DNA from: Nitrospirota bacterium
GTDB lineage: Bacteria > UBA2233
Assembly: GCA_011620345.1 (NCBI GenBank)
Contig: WOZJ01000050.1
Span: 215,976-258,234 of the forward strand
DNA length: 42,259 nt
Reading direction: 5' to 3'
Made by a program: the position numbers and the translations under genes. The notes below the pieces were generated by a model. It was not told the origin of the DNA. It worked only from the letters and a program-made list of their open reading frames with translations, and did not search any database. Positions within the stretch are counted from its first letter, which is position 1. Every line of letters begins with the position of its first letter. This document shows positions 9,446-18,520 of the stretch, in pieces.

Positions 9446-11272
9446 CTAGCCCGCTGGTCTTTGGCCGGTATACATGGGCCGGGCGAAAGGTTCCGATTTC
9501 GGAAGGGTTCCTTTGGCCTTAAACGCCTCAACCCTCTGGTTGTAAAAAAGGATAATGTCCCTTCGATCGAGCATTCCGAGCAGCCTTTTCGAATTCTTTT
9601 CTTCGACGACCGGTATTTGACGCAAGTTGCGTACGGTTACCTTCTTGAGAACTTCGTTTAGATCTTCTGTGGGGTTTGTGACTACGACTTTTGTTTGCGC
9701 GAGGTCTTTCATGGTGACGGGGTCGGAAATATCCGATTCAAACAAGACGCCCCGGAAGTCTTTGATCGAGAAGATCCCACTTAGCTCTCCTTTATCGTTC
9801 GTGACGGGAAAGTACTGCTGGTTCGTGCGGGCAAAGACCTGTTTAAACTCTCCAAAACGCATACCCTCTGGAACGGTCGTTACCTGCTTGAGTGAGTCAA
9901 GCAGGTCTTGGACCTTGATTGCCTCCAGCACGTCGATAAAGAATTCTCCTTGGTGGGCCGGAGATGCAAGCCTGTTTTTCACCTGCTTCGAGTAAATCGA
10001 GGACGTACCCGTTAAGGCATAGCAAATGGTGCATACGAGCATGGAAGGAAGAAGGAGAAGATAGGAACCGGTCATCTCGCTTACCATGATAATAGTAGAA
10101 ATAGGCGCCTTGGAAACGCCGGCGAAGAAACCTGCCATGCCGACGATGACGAATGCCTCGGGGTGAACGACGATACCCGGCACGAGTGCATGAAAGGCTT
10201 TGCCAAGACAGGCGCCTAGAGCTCCGCCGATCACGACGGACGGACCGAACACGCCTCCGCTCCCCCCTGACCCGATCGAGAACGCGGTCGTTAGGATCTT
10301 ACCGAAAGCCAAAGGGAGAAGCATGCCGAAGCCTGCCTGCCCGTAAATAGCCTGCTGGAGAAACCCGTAGCCAAACGCAAGCGTCTGAGGATAAAAAAAG
10401 CCGATCAAGCCGGTTATCAGGCCCCCTAAGGCAGGCTTAAGGATTTTTGGCAGCTTCAAGCTTTGGAACCAGCCGTGGATGCCGTAAAAAGTATGGACAT
10501 AAATAACGCCTACACCGGCAAGCACGAGTGCAAGGATGATGTAGAACAAAAGCGTGGCCGGGTTATGGAAGGCAAGACTCGGACCGTTGAAGAGCGATCC
10601 AAAACCAAACAGCGAGCAAAAAACGCAATAGGAAACAACAGCGGAGATCACTGCGGGGATGATTAACTCGGCCTCGAACTCAGGCTGGCTGTAGAGCACC
10701 TCCGAAGCGAACAGCGCGCCTGCCAAAGGAGCCCGAAAGATTGCGCCGATACCCGCACCCATGCCAGCCGCCAGCATGATACGACGCTCCCTGTCAGAGA
10801 GCCTAAAGCGGTCCGCAAGGAACGAGCCAAAGCCAGCTCCAATCTGGGCGATTGGCCCTTCCCTCCCCCCTGACCCGCCGGTTGTGAGTGTAAGTACCGA
10901 GGCGATCGTCTTGACAAACGGGATACGCGCCCGAACATACCCTTGCTTGTGATGGTAGGCTTCGATAACTGCGTCAGTTCCGTGGCCTTCAGCCTCCGGG
11001 GCGAGGGTGTAGACTATAAGTCCGCTCAAAAGCCCGCCTAGGGCAGGAAGCCAGATGAGCCAGGCGCGATGAAAAGGTGTGGTCGTTGCTGTAAACAGGC
11101 TTTGCTCTCCAAAGGGTGCCGGCGGACGATAGCCCGCAATCCCGCCCAGGAAAACATGCATGCCGACATCGCAAAGGACTTGAAAAATGATGGCCCCTAG
11201 GCCTGCAACGATGCCGATCGCGACGTAGGCCGCTATCCAGCGGCCTGCCGATTTGATGATTCCGTTGAGCAT
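9446..11272 (-). CDS. ClC-family chloride channel/H+ antiporter with tandem CBS domains
   Basis: GHGTD, GGSGGREGP, FRAPLAG, GSGGVFGP, APIS..MVSEMTG; C-terminal CBS pair. Start uncertain (ATG 11272 or TTG 11311). Confidence 0.93.
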   Translation of the reverse strand: MLNGIIKSAGRWIAAYVAIGIVAGLGAIIFQVLCDVGMHVFLGGIAGYRPPAPFGEQSLFTATTTPFHRAWLIWLPALGGLLSGLIVYTLAPEAEGHGTDAVIEAYHHKQGYVRARIPFVKTIASVLTLTTGGSGGREGPIAQIGAGFGSFLADRFRLSDRERRIMLAAGMGAGIGAIFRAPLAGALFASEVLYSQPEFEAELIIPAVISAVVSYCVFCSLFGFGSLFNGPSLAFHNPATLLFYIILALVLAGVGVIYVHTFYGIHGWFQSLKLPKILKPALGGLITGLIGFFYPQTLAFGYGFLQQAIYGQAGFGMLLPLAFGKILTTAFSIGSGGSGGVFGPSVVIGGALGACLGKAFHALVPGIVVHPEAFVIVGMAGFFAGVSKAPISTIIMVSEMTGSYLLLLPSMLVCTICYALTGTSSIYSKQVKNRLASPAHQGEFFIDVLEAIKVQDLLDSLKQVTTVPEGMRFGEFKQVFARTNQQYFPVTNDKGELSGIFSIKDFRGVLFESDISDPVTMKDLAQTKVVVTNPTEDLNEVLKKVTVRNLRQIPVVEEKNSKRLLGMLDRRDIILFYNQRVEAFKAKGTLPKSEPFARPMYTGQRPAG

Positions 11273-11401
11273 AAAGACTAGACCGTAAGGCTCGTTTGAT
11301 GAAGATGGCAAGCAACCGCTTCTTTATGTGTTTTATGCTAGGCCTTTTTGTGTAGAATGACAATAGAGGCCGATTAGATAAGAAGGAGTATAAGGAGTAT
11401 C

Positions 11402-12172
11402 TTGTTGCAAAACGCATACTTGAGCGCAGCCTTGGAACGAATTGCTTCCACCCGACCGCTCATCCACCACATGACGAACCTGGTTGTTGCGAGCGTAACG
11501 GCCAATCTTACGCTTGCAATGGGGGGACTTCCCATCATGGCGTCCGCCAAAGAGGAAGTTGAGGAGATCGTCTCCAAGTCGAGCGTCCTTTTGCTCAACA
11601 TTGGTACGCCTACAAGCGAGCAGCTTGAGGCCATGGAACGGGCCGGTTCCATGGCCAAGGAGCTCAAGATTCCGATCGTCTTCGACCCGGTCGGGGCAGG
11701 GGCGAGCCGCTTCCGGACGAAAGCGGCGATTGATCTCATCCGAGAGCTTCAGCCATCTGTAGTCCGAAGTAACCTTGCCGAGGCTCTTTCGCTGATTCAA
11801 GAAGATGCGCGCATCCTCGGCGTCGAGAGCCTCGAGGACGACGAGGAGACCGCCAAACGGGCCGCTAGGGGGCTTGCTGCACGCTTTGGCTGCGTGGCGG
11901 CCATTACGGGCAAAGTAGATATCGTCTCGGACGGCGAAAATGTAGGGCGCATAACAGGCGGAAACCCTTTGCTCAAAAGCATTACAGGGTCGGGCTGCAT
12001 GGCAACTACGGCTGTGGCTTGCTTTCTTGCCAAGGATACCCCTATCAAAGCCGCAGTACTTGGACTCTCTCTTATAAAAACGGCAAGCGAACTCGCTTTG
12101 GAGGTCAAAGGGCCTGGATCCTTCCAGGTCTCCCTTCTGGATGCCGTTTACCGCCTTAGAGAAGGGCTTTAG
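11402..12172 (+). CDS. thiM: Hydroxyethylthiazole kinase
   Basis: PLIHHMTNLV..TANLTLAMGG.PIMA, LNIGT, DPVGAGAS.FR, ITGSGCM; AAGGAG RBS. Confidence 0.95.
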   Translation: MLQNAYLSAALERIASTRPLIHHMTNLVVASVTANLTLAMGGLPIMASAKEEVEEIVSKSSVLLLNIGTPTSEQLEAMERAGSMAKELKIPIVFDPVGAGASRFRTKAAIDLIRELQPSVVRSNLAEALSLIQEDARILGVESLEDDEETAKRAARGLAARFGCVAAITGKVDIVSDGENVGRITGGNPLLKSITGSGCMATTAVACFLAKDTPIKAAVLGLSLIKTASELALEVKGPGSFQVSLLDAVYRLREGL

Positions 12173-12175
12173 TCC

Positions 12176-12799
12176 ATGTTCAAGAGGCCTATTCTTTGCG
12201 CGATTACGGCTAGCAACGCTCAGCTCAGTCATGCCGATATCGCGAATGCAGCGGTCCGGGCCAACGTGCCGATGGTCCAGCTACGCATGAAGGGTGCTTT
12301 CAGTACCGAGATGTACGAAACGGCCCGAACCCTTCGAGCGATCACCGAGGGAAAGGCTCTTTTGATCGTCAATGACAGCCTCGAGGTGGCGCTGACGGTT
12401 GGAGCGGACGGCGTTCATTTGGGAAAAGAAGACTTGCCCATTGATGCCGCGAGACGGATCTCCCCGAAAGGGTTTTTGATCGGGGCGTCCGTCTCGAATG
12501 CCTACGAGGCAAAAAAAGCCGCAACGCTCGGGGCGGACTACATTGGCGCTGGCCCCGTGTTTGCTACGAAGAATAAGCTGGATAAACCTCCAATCGGGCT
12601 TGCTCGGCTATCCGAGGTATGCGGTGTCGTCTCGATCCCCGTCCTTGCGATCGGGGGCATAACGCTCGAGAATGCCCCGCAAGTCATGCAGGCTGGAGCT
12701 TCCGGCGTGGCCGTAATTTCAGCCATCTTGGATGCAAAGCACCCCCTTGAGGCTATCCGCAGCTTGATGGTAAGCCTCAAGGGGGTCTCTTTCCCATAG
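12176..12799 (+). CDS. thiE: Thiamine phosphate synthase
   Basis: VQLRMK, IVND, ADGVHLG.EDL, GADYIG.GPVF.T..K, PVLAIGGI, GVAVISAI. Confidence 0.95.
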   Translation: MFKRPILCAITASNAQLSHADIANAAVRANVPMVQLRMKGAFSTEMYETARTLRAITEGKALLIVNDSLEVALTVGADGVHLGKEDLPIDAARRISPKGFLIGASVSNAYEAKKAATLGADYIGAGPVFATKNKLDKPPIGLARLSEVCGVVSIPVLAIGGITLENAPQVMQAGASGVAVISAILDAKHPLEAIRSLMVSLKGVSFP

Positions 12800-12921
12800 C
12801 CGGAGAGGGCGCGCCTAGGGTTGGCCTTGAAAAGCTTTCCGCTGCACGGCCTAAAATTGCCCCACCTTCACGAAGGCATCGCCTCCTAGCGCTAAAGCCC
12901 TTTCTGAGAGGATACTCGGCA

Positions 12922-14124
12922 TCAGTAGGACTTAGGCAACCCAAGAACATGCTCGGAGATGAAGTTCATCACCATCTCGTTGTTTATCGGGGCGGTTTTT
13001 AAGAGCCTTGCCGGCGCCCACATCTGGATGAGCTGGTAGTCGGTCACGAACCCGTTCCCCCCGTGCGTCTGGATTGCCCGATCGATAGCATCGACGGCCA
13101 GCTCGGACGCCAAGAGCTTGGCCATGTTGGCGTAACCCCCTGTCTGGGCGGGGGGGAGGCCATTGTCGAACGCCCAGGCCGCCTTGTAGGTCAAGAGCCT
13201 TACCGCTTCCTGCGTCGCCTTAATGTGGGCCAGGGGATGTTGGACGCCTTGGTAGGCCCCGATCGGAGTATCTGACCAAACCTTTCGCTCTAAGGCGTAG
13301 GCCACCGCTTTCCTTAGGGCGAACTCGGACATACCGACGGCCCCAGCGGCAAGAAGGATGCGCTCGGGGTTGAGTGCATGGAATAAGACCATCGCTCCCA
13401 TGTGCTCTTCACCCACGCGGTTTTCCAAGGGGACTTCGACGTCGTCGAAGTAAATATGAAACTGCTTGAACCCTTCGATCCCCATCGTGTTCATCGCGTT
13501 CATCGTGATCCCTTTGGCCTTCGTATCGACGATGAACAACCCCATGCCATAGCTCTTGGGCAGGCCTTGAGCTTTCAGCTCGTCGAGTGTCATCGTGCGC
13601 GCGACGATAATCGCGTAATCGGCCACGTCGAACCCGGTGATCCAGGCCTTTTGGCCGTTTATCCGGTAGATGTCGCCTTCGCGCTTAGCGAGCGTTCTCA
13701 TTCGGAACGCATTGGTCCCGGCGTCCGGCTCGGTGATCGCAAAGGCCATCTTCATGTCGCCGTTTGCAATCTTTGGCAACCAGGTGCGCTTTTGTTCTTC
13801 GGAGCCGCCACGCAAGATGGCCATCGTATCCATTGTGGTCAACACGGAAAATAGAGAGGCCCCTACTCCCTCGGTCGCAAGCGTCTCCAAAGCCAACACC
13901 ATCCCAAGAAGGCCAACCCCAGTCCCACCGTAGCTTTCGGGAATCATTGCGCCTAGGATGCCCGCATTGGCCATTTCCTTCCAGATTTCCTCCGGAAAGC
14001 GCTGCTCTTCAAAAATCATTTTGTTAAACAAGTCCATTTTTGGTCCAAGCTTTTTGGCGACCCCCTTTGCCGCCTCTATCACCATAAGGTGCTCTTGCGT
14101 GAGCCCAAATTGCCCCTGTTCCAT
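12922..14124 (-). CDS. Acyl-CoA dehydrogenase
   Basis: IPESYGG.G, FAITEPDAGT, INGQKAWIT, LNPERI, AIQTHGGNG; start MEQGQF with AAGGAGG RBS. Confidence 0.95.
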   Translation of the reverse strand: MEQGQFGLTQEHLMVIEAAKGVAKKLGPKMDLFNKMIFEEQRFPEEIWKEMANAGILGAMIPESYGGTGVGLLGMVLALETLATEGVGASLFSVLTTMDTMAILRGGSEEQKRTWLPKIANGDMKMAFAITEPDAGTNAFRMRTLAKREGDIYRINGQKAWITGFDVADYAIIVARTMTLDELKAQGLPKSYGMGLFIVDTKAKGITMNAMNTMGIEGFKQFHIYFDDVEVPLENRVGEEHMGAMVLFHALNPERILLAAGAVGMSEFALRKAVAYALERKVWSDTPIGAYQGVQHPLAHIKATQEAVRLLTYKAAWAFDNGLPPAQTGGYANMAKLLASELAVDAIDRAIQTHGGNGFVTDYQLIQMWAPARLLKTAPINNEMVMNFISEHVLGLPKSY

Positions 14125-14260
14125 GAACGCCTCCTTAAAAAACATTAGAAAATCATCGAGTCCATCTATTAAAAATATCAAAAAACTGGTATATTGATCA
14201 ACTAATGTTACCAAATGGGAGTTGATTGCGTTATCAACAAAAAAACAGGCTGGGGATGGC

Positions 14261-14653
14261 ATGGAAATTCTAGAAACTTGCCTCTATGCAGAGGACCTAG
14301 TGGAGGTTCGAAGGTTCTACGAAGGGATCCTTGGGCTTAAATGCCTTCAGTTCAAGTTGGGCCAGTTCGCCTTCTTTAGGGCTGCAAGAGGCGTCCTTCT
14401 CGTCTTTAACCCGGCCTATTCGCTAAACCTCCAAAAACTCCCACCTCATGGGGCGGCCGGGTCCATACACGTTGCCTTTCGAGCGGACGAACAAGAAATC
14501 CCTAAATTGAAGAAACGCTTCCAGGAGGGCGGCTTTGTAGTCTATGACGCACTTTGGTGGAACGGACAATCGAGCTTTTACGTGTACGACCCCGCGGGTA
14601 ACCTGATCGAATTTGCCCCTGCTGGTATCTGGGAGCTTCCTAAAGAGGCCTAA
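14261..14653 (+). CDS. VOC (glyoxalase/bleomycin resistance) family protein
   Basis: ILETCLYAEDL..RFY..ILG, PPHGA.G..HVAF, SFYVYDPAGNLIEF. Confidence 0.88.
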   Translation: MEILETCLYAEDLVEVRRFYEGILGLKCLQFKLGQFAFFRAARGVLLVFNPAYSLNLQKLPPHGAAGSIHVAFRADEQEIPKLKKRFQEGGFVVYDALWWNGQSSFYVYDPAGNLIEFAPAGIWELPKEA

Positions 14654-15471
14654 GCCCTACCCGCCCTTGCCTTGAATCCGATGGTGACAAGGTATACGGC
14701 TCCAGCTAGGACCGCAATACTCGAACCTGTAGGCAAATCCAAGAAATAGCTCGCAATGATCCCGGCCCACGAAAGGAGCAGGCAAAGAACGCCTGCGACG
14801 ATCATGGCCTTCCAGAGTTTCATCGGGAATACGCAGGCAATAGCGGCCGGGAGCGTAAGCAGCGCGATCACGAGGATGAGGCCTACAAGCCGAAGCATGG
14901 CAACGGTCGCAAGCGCCACTAACAACAGCATGCACAAAGAAAGTATCTCGGTTTTGATGTTTCGTACCTTGGCAAACGACTCATCGAAGCACAATGCAAG
15001 GATTTCCCTGTAAAAGGGTGCAACTACACCAAGGACGGCCATATCTAAAAAGACGGTCAAGAAAAGGTCCGTATCGGAAACCAGCAGGATGTTCCCGAAC
15101 AGGTAACTCATGGGATCTGCATACCCAGGTGTCTTCGAGAGAAAAAGGAGGCCAATCGCCATTCCCACGGCCCAGATCCCTCCGATGACCGTATCCTCGC
15201 GCTGCTGAAAGCGAAGGCTTACCCAAGAAATGCCAAGCGCGGATACCAAGGCGGCAAGAATAGCACCAGGAAGGGGCCCGCTCCAGGGAATGCCAAGCGC
15301 ACGTTCGCAAAATAAGCCAATCCCGATACCGCCCAATACGCTGTGGGAGATCGCTCCTGCGGCAGAACTGATACGCCGTACAACAACGAGCGTCCCAAGG
15401 ATACCGAACGAAACGCTCGAAAGGAGCGTGATCAAAAAGGCGTTGGCTAAAATACCGAGCCCTAGATTCAT
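14650..15471 (-). CDS. znuB: Zn/Mn ABC transporter permease (ZnuB-like)
   Basis: GAISHSVLGG, EDTVIG..W..GMAIG, SYLFGNIL, FDE.FA, VG.ILVIALLT.PA. Confidence 0.9.
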   Translation of the reverse strand: MNLGLGILANAFLITLLSSVSFGILGTLVVVRRISSAAGAISHSVLGGIGIGLFCERALGIPWSGPLPGAILAALVSALGISWVSLRFQQREDTVIGGIWAVGMAIGLLFLSKTPGYADPMSYLFGNILLVSDTDLFLTVFLDMAVLGVVAPFYREILALCFDESFAKVRNIKTEILSLCMLLLVALATVAMLRLVGLILVIALLTLPAAIACVFPMKLWKAMIVAGVLCLLLSWAGIIASYFLDLPTGSSIAVLAGAVYLVTIGFKARAGRA

Positions 15472-15477
15472 TCGAGC

Positions 15478-16224
15478 CTATCTTTCTTCATTGCCTAAGA
15501 CAAGGTCATGCCGGACGAGCCGCATTGGCTCGTTGTAAAGGTCATGCAGCGAGAGGGAGTCGAGCTCAGAGGTTGGATGCTCAACGACTCTTCGGTTGAC
15601 GCAAAACACGCGGTCCACATGCTTCGAGACAAAGCTCAGGTCGTGTGTAACGAGAAGCAAGGCAATTTTGCCCTTGAGTTCGGCCAAAAATTCGGCCAAA
15701 AGCTTGCCCCCTTCCGGGTCAACGTTCGCCGTCGGTTCGTCTAAAAGGAGCACCTCCGGGTCACAGGCAAGGGCGCGCGCAAGCAACGTCCTTTGCCTTT
15801 GGCCTCCAGAGAGCTCACCAAAAAAACGATCTTTCATCGGCTCAAGCCCAAGGAATGCTAAGACCTCTTCTGCCTTTTTAAGGTCAGACCTTGAGTAGCG
15901 CCAGCCCCCTCCCCCACCAAGCCTGCCCATGAGCACGACCTCTTTTAGGGTAACGGGAACTTGAAGGTCAGATTGGATCGCTTGGGGCATGTATCCGGCC
16001 CTCATTCTCGCTTGTTCCGGACGTTGCCCAAGCAGAGATACTCTACCGCTTTGCGGCATTGTAAGGCCTAAAATAATCTTAAGAAGCGTGGTTTTCCCTC
16101 CCCCGTTCGGGCCCAAAATGCAGACATATTCCCCTCGCGCAACGAGGAGGCTTACCTCTTCTAGGACGGGCCAGGAGGCATACGCAAAGTTTACCCCTTC
16201 CAAACATACGGCCTCATGTCCCAC
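15478..16224 (-). CDS. znuC: Zn/Mn ABC transporter ATPase (ZnuC-like)
   Basis: GPNGGGKTT, GYMPQ, LSGGQRQR, LLLDEPTANVD, VTHDL, C-terminal CVNR and HD. Confidence 0.92.
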   Translation of the reverse strand: MGHEAVCLEGVNFAYASWPVLEEVSLLVARGEYVCILGPNGGGKTTLLKIILGLTMPQSGRVSLLGQRPEQARMRAGYMPQAIQSDLQVPVTLKEVVLMGRLGGGGGWRYSRSDLKKAEEVLAFLGLEPMKDRFFGELSGGQRQRTLLARALACDPEVLLLDEPTANVDPEGGKLLAEFLAELKGKIALLLVTHDLSFVSKHVDRVFCVNRRVVEHPTSELDSLSLHDLYNEPMRLVRHDLVLGNEER

Positions 16225-17089
16225 GGCAATCTCCTAGTGCCCCGGAAAGAATCCTTCCAAGCTTCCGGATGGTATCGAACACGTCGTAGTCCAAGTCGTT
16301 CACTACGGCGAGCTTGGCATCCAACGCTTGGGCGACGAGCCTAGCTTCCCTAAAATCAAACTGGGGTTGAACAATCACGATGCGGACATGCTCTTTTTTT
16401 GCTTGGACAACCACCGCCTGAAGCCTCCTTGGCGTGGGCTCCTTCCCCTCTTCTTCGATGTAAAGCTGGCGCAGCCCAAAGTTTGCGGCAAAATGGCCAA
16501 ACGCCGGGTGGTGCACAAGGAAGGCCCTTCCTTTGTAGGGCGCAAGCATGCTTTTAACTTCGCCCTCGAGGGATTCGGCCTCCGTCAGAAAAAGGGAGAG
16601 TCTCTTATAAACCTCTTGCTCCTTGCTTGGAAACATCTGGATCAGGGCCGATGCAATGGCCTTGGCGATCCCCTTCAAGCGCTGCGGCGAAAGCCAAACG
16701 TGGGGGTCTTGGCCCTCTTGGATGTCTTGGGCAAGGTCTACAACCTTGAGGTTGGGATAGCGTTGCTGCAGGCGTTTTGCCAATGCCCTCTCAAAAGGGA
16801 GCCCTACGATAAAGAAGGCCCTAGCCTTTCCTAGCGCCAAGACTTGCCTTGGTGTCGGCTCGAACGTGTGGGGATCCTTGGAAGCACCCGCAATCGTCCT
16901 TACGCGCACGAAGGATCCGCCAAGGCGTTCGGCCAGAAAGGCGATCGGCGGAATGCCGGCATACAGCTCGACAACGTCGCTTGCATGCGAGCTTCGCACC
17001 AAAATGGATGAGGCTCCTAAGGTCCAACAGCCCACCATTAGGAGCGCGACGAAATCAAGCCTTCGCAGAACAAACCGGAAACGAGCCAT
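16214..17089 (-). CDS. znuA: Zn/Mn ABC transporter substrate-binding protein (ZnuA-like, cluster A-I)
   Basis: Signal-like N-terminus, DPHTFEPTP, DPHVWLSP, HHPAFGHF, IE.EGKEP; start at 17089 has AAGGAG RBS. Confidence 0.9.
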   Translation of the reverse strand: MARFRFVLRRLDFVALLMVGCWTLGASSILVRSSHASDVVELYAGIPPIAFLAERLGGSFVRVRTIAGASKDPHTFEPTPRQVLALGKARAFFIVGLPFERALAKRLQQRYPNLKVVDLAQDIQEGQDPHVWLSPQRLKGIAKAIASALIQMFPSKEQEVYKRLSLFLTEAESLEGEVKSMLAPYKGRAFLVHHPAFGHFAANFGLRQLYIEEEGKEPTPRRLQAVVVQAKKEHVRIVIVQPQFDFREARLVAQALDAKLAVVNDLDYDVFDTIRKLGRILSGALGDCRGT

Positions 17090-17315
17090 GGCACTCCTTG
17101 CATTCTTTGATCGCATGGTTTTTTAAGAATTCCTTCCAATGCAGCTTGAGATGAGGCGACAGGACGCCCGTTCCGTTACACAAGGGGCATATCCCGGAAA
17201 GGTACGCAAGGAGCGCCGTGCGTATGAATTCCGAACGGTTGGGAATACGCTCAAGCGCCTTTGCCAGGTCTTCGTCTACCTTGAAGGTGATAATTTCCTG
17301 CTTCTTCGTCGGCAT
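17055..17315 (-). CDS. Ribbon-helix-helix (CopG/MetJ/NikR-type) DNA-binding protein with Cys/His-rich C-terminus
   Basis: IITFKVDEDLAKAL..IPNRSEFIRTAL is a typical RHH pattern; then CPLC..H..HW....H...CKECH...C; AAGGGG RBS; first gene of the znu operon. Confidence 0.85.
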   Translation of the reverse strand: MPTKKQEIITFKVDEDLAKALERIPNRSEFIRTALLAYLSGICPLCNGTGVLSPHLKLHWKEFLKNHAIKECKECHGSFPVCSAKA

Positions 17316-17330
17316 TTATCGAACCCCTTA

Positions 17331-17350
17331 TTATTACAGCGTATTACAAG
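17331..17350 (-). promoter_or_regulatory. Tandem TGTAATA direct repeats, candidate operator
   Basis: Plus strand TATTACA at 17332-17338 and 17342-17348 (10-bp period), immediately upstream of the RBS of the RHH gene. Confidence 0.5.
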
Positions 17351-17433
17351 CGGGCCCGATCCATCAAGGCCTTTTGAGAAACGAACGGTACAATAAGCCT
17401 ATCATCGTACGATGTACCAGGTGTTTGGAGGCG

Positions 17434-18162
17434 ATGAGAGTAAGGATAGGGACTTCGGGTTTTTACTATCCCCACTGGAGAGGGGTTTTTTATCCGCGCG
17501 AGCTCCATCGGGCCCACTGGCTTCAGTATTACCAAGAAAGGTTCGATACGCTGGAAATTAACTCCACGTTCTACCAATTGCCAAAGCCCGAAACCTTCCT
17601 AAAATGGAAGCAAAGCGTGAGGCCTGGCTTCATGTTCGCCCTCAAGGCTAGCCGGCTGATCACCCATCTCAAGCGGTTAAAGGATGCCGAAGGCACGCTT
17701 GCGCTCTTCTTGAATAGGGCAGAGATTTTAGGAGATCTGCTTGGTCCCGTCCTCTACCAACTTCCTCCTTCGTTTGAGCTCGACATCGGACGCCTGAGTG
17801 CATTCTTGGCGCTTCTTCCTGAGTGCTTATGCCATGCGTTTGAGTTTCGTCACCCGAGCTGGTTTATCAATGATGTTCGAAGCCTCCTCATCCGACAGGG
17901 CGTTTCGTTCTGCATCGCGGATGGGCCGGATGCACACCAGAGTCCGCAATGGATTACTTCGGAAACTGTCTACATCCGTTTCCACGGGCCGGCATGGCAG
18001 CACCAGGCGCAGTACCCCATAGAGCAACTTGCAGAATGGGCCGCAAGAATCGATGGATATCTTAAGGAAGGGCTGCACGTTTTCGCGTTTTTCAATAACG
18101 ACGCTCATGGGTTTGCCTTAAAGAACGCCGAACAGCTCAAGGGTCTGCTCGGCGTTCTTTAA
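17434..18162 (+). CDS. DUF72 (YecE-like) protein
   Basis: RIGTSGF.Y.HW.G.FYP, EINSTFY, FALKA...ITH, GPVLYQLPP, EFRH.SW, YIRFHG, FFNND; GGAGG RBS. Confidence 0.93.
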   Translation: MRVRIGTSGFYYPHWRGVFYPRELHRAHWLQYYQERFDTLEINSTFYQLPKPETFLKWKQSVRPGFMFALKASRLITHLKRLKDAEGTLALFLNRAEILGDLLGPVLYQLPPSFELDIGRLSAFLALLPECLCHAFEFRHPSWFINDVRSLLIRQGVSFCIADGPDAHQSPQWITSETVYIRFHGPAWQHQAQYPIEQLAEWAARIDGYLKEGLHVFAFFNNDAHGFALKNAEQLKGLLGVL

Positions 18163-18247
18163 GGCCGGTCAAGACAGCTCAAGATAGCCTGGAATTTTCA
18201 GAAAAACGCGGGACAAAAATGCCTGCCTATCGAAATTTCGGTATTTC

Positions 18248-18520
18248 TTAGGGCTCTTCGTCAAACTTCCTGTCAATAAGACCCTTTAAGGCATTGATGG
18301 CAAGCTCAGCATCCTCGCCTTCTGCGAGAATTTCTACTCTGGACCCTTTTGTTGCAGCAAGCGTGAGCAAATCAAGGATGCTTTTCGCATTTGCGGTATT
18401 GCCGTTCTTTTTGAGAGAAACGCTCGAGTGGAACGTCTTTGCCTCTTGGGCAAGCTTTGCGGCCGCCCTGGCATGGAGCCCGAGCGTATTCACAATCTCG
18501 ACCTCTTGCCTACAGCGCAT
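18248..18520 (-). CDS. ptsH: HPr-family phosphocarrier protein
   Basis: NTLGLHARAA (His15) and NAKSIL (Ser46), AEGEDAE.A; GGAGG RBS inside the kinase 3' end. Confidence 0.93.
   Translation of the reverse strand: MRCRQEVEIVNTLGLHARAAAKLAQEAKTFHSSVSLKKNGNTANAKSILDLLTLAATKGSRVEILAEGEDAELAINALKGLIDRKFDEEP

Noticed and set aside
11333-12232. 299-aa minus-strand ORF
   Set aside because: Antisense to the well-supported thiM; no motifs
12895-12921. CTGAGA near thiE, suggesting a TPP riboswitch
   Set aside because: It lies downstream of thiE and lacks the remaining TPP core (ACCTGA, P4/P5)
14221-14238. Canonical FNR box
   Set aside because: Spacer is 6 nt, not 4; kept only as a generic palindrome
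18169-18188. Direct repeat TCAAGA(C/T)AGC x2
   Set aside because: Only two short copies between convergent genes; not CRISPR-like and no promoter context
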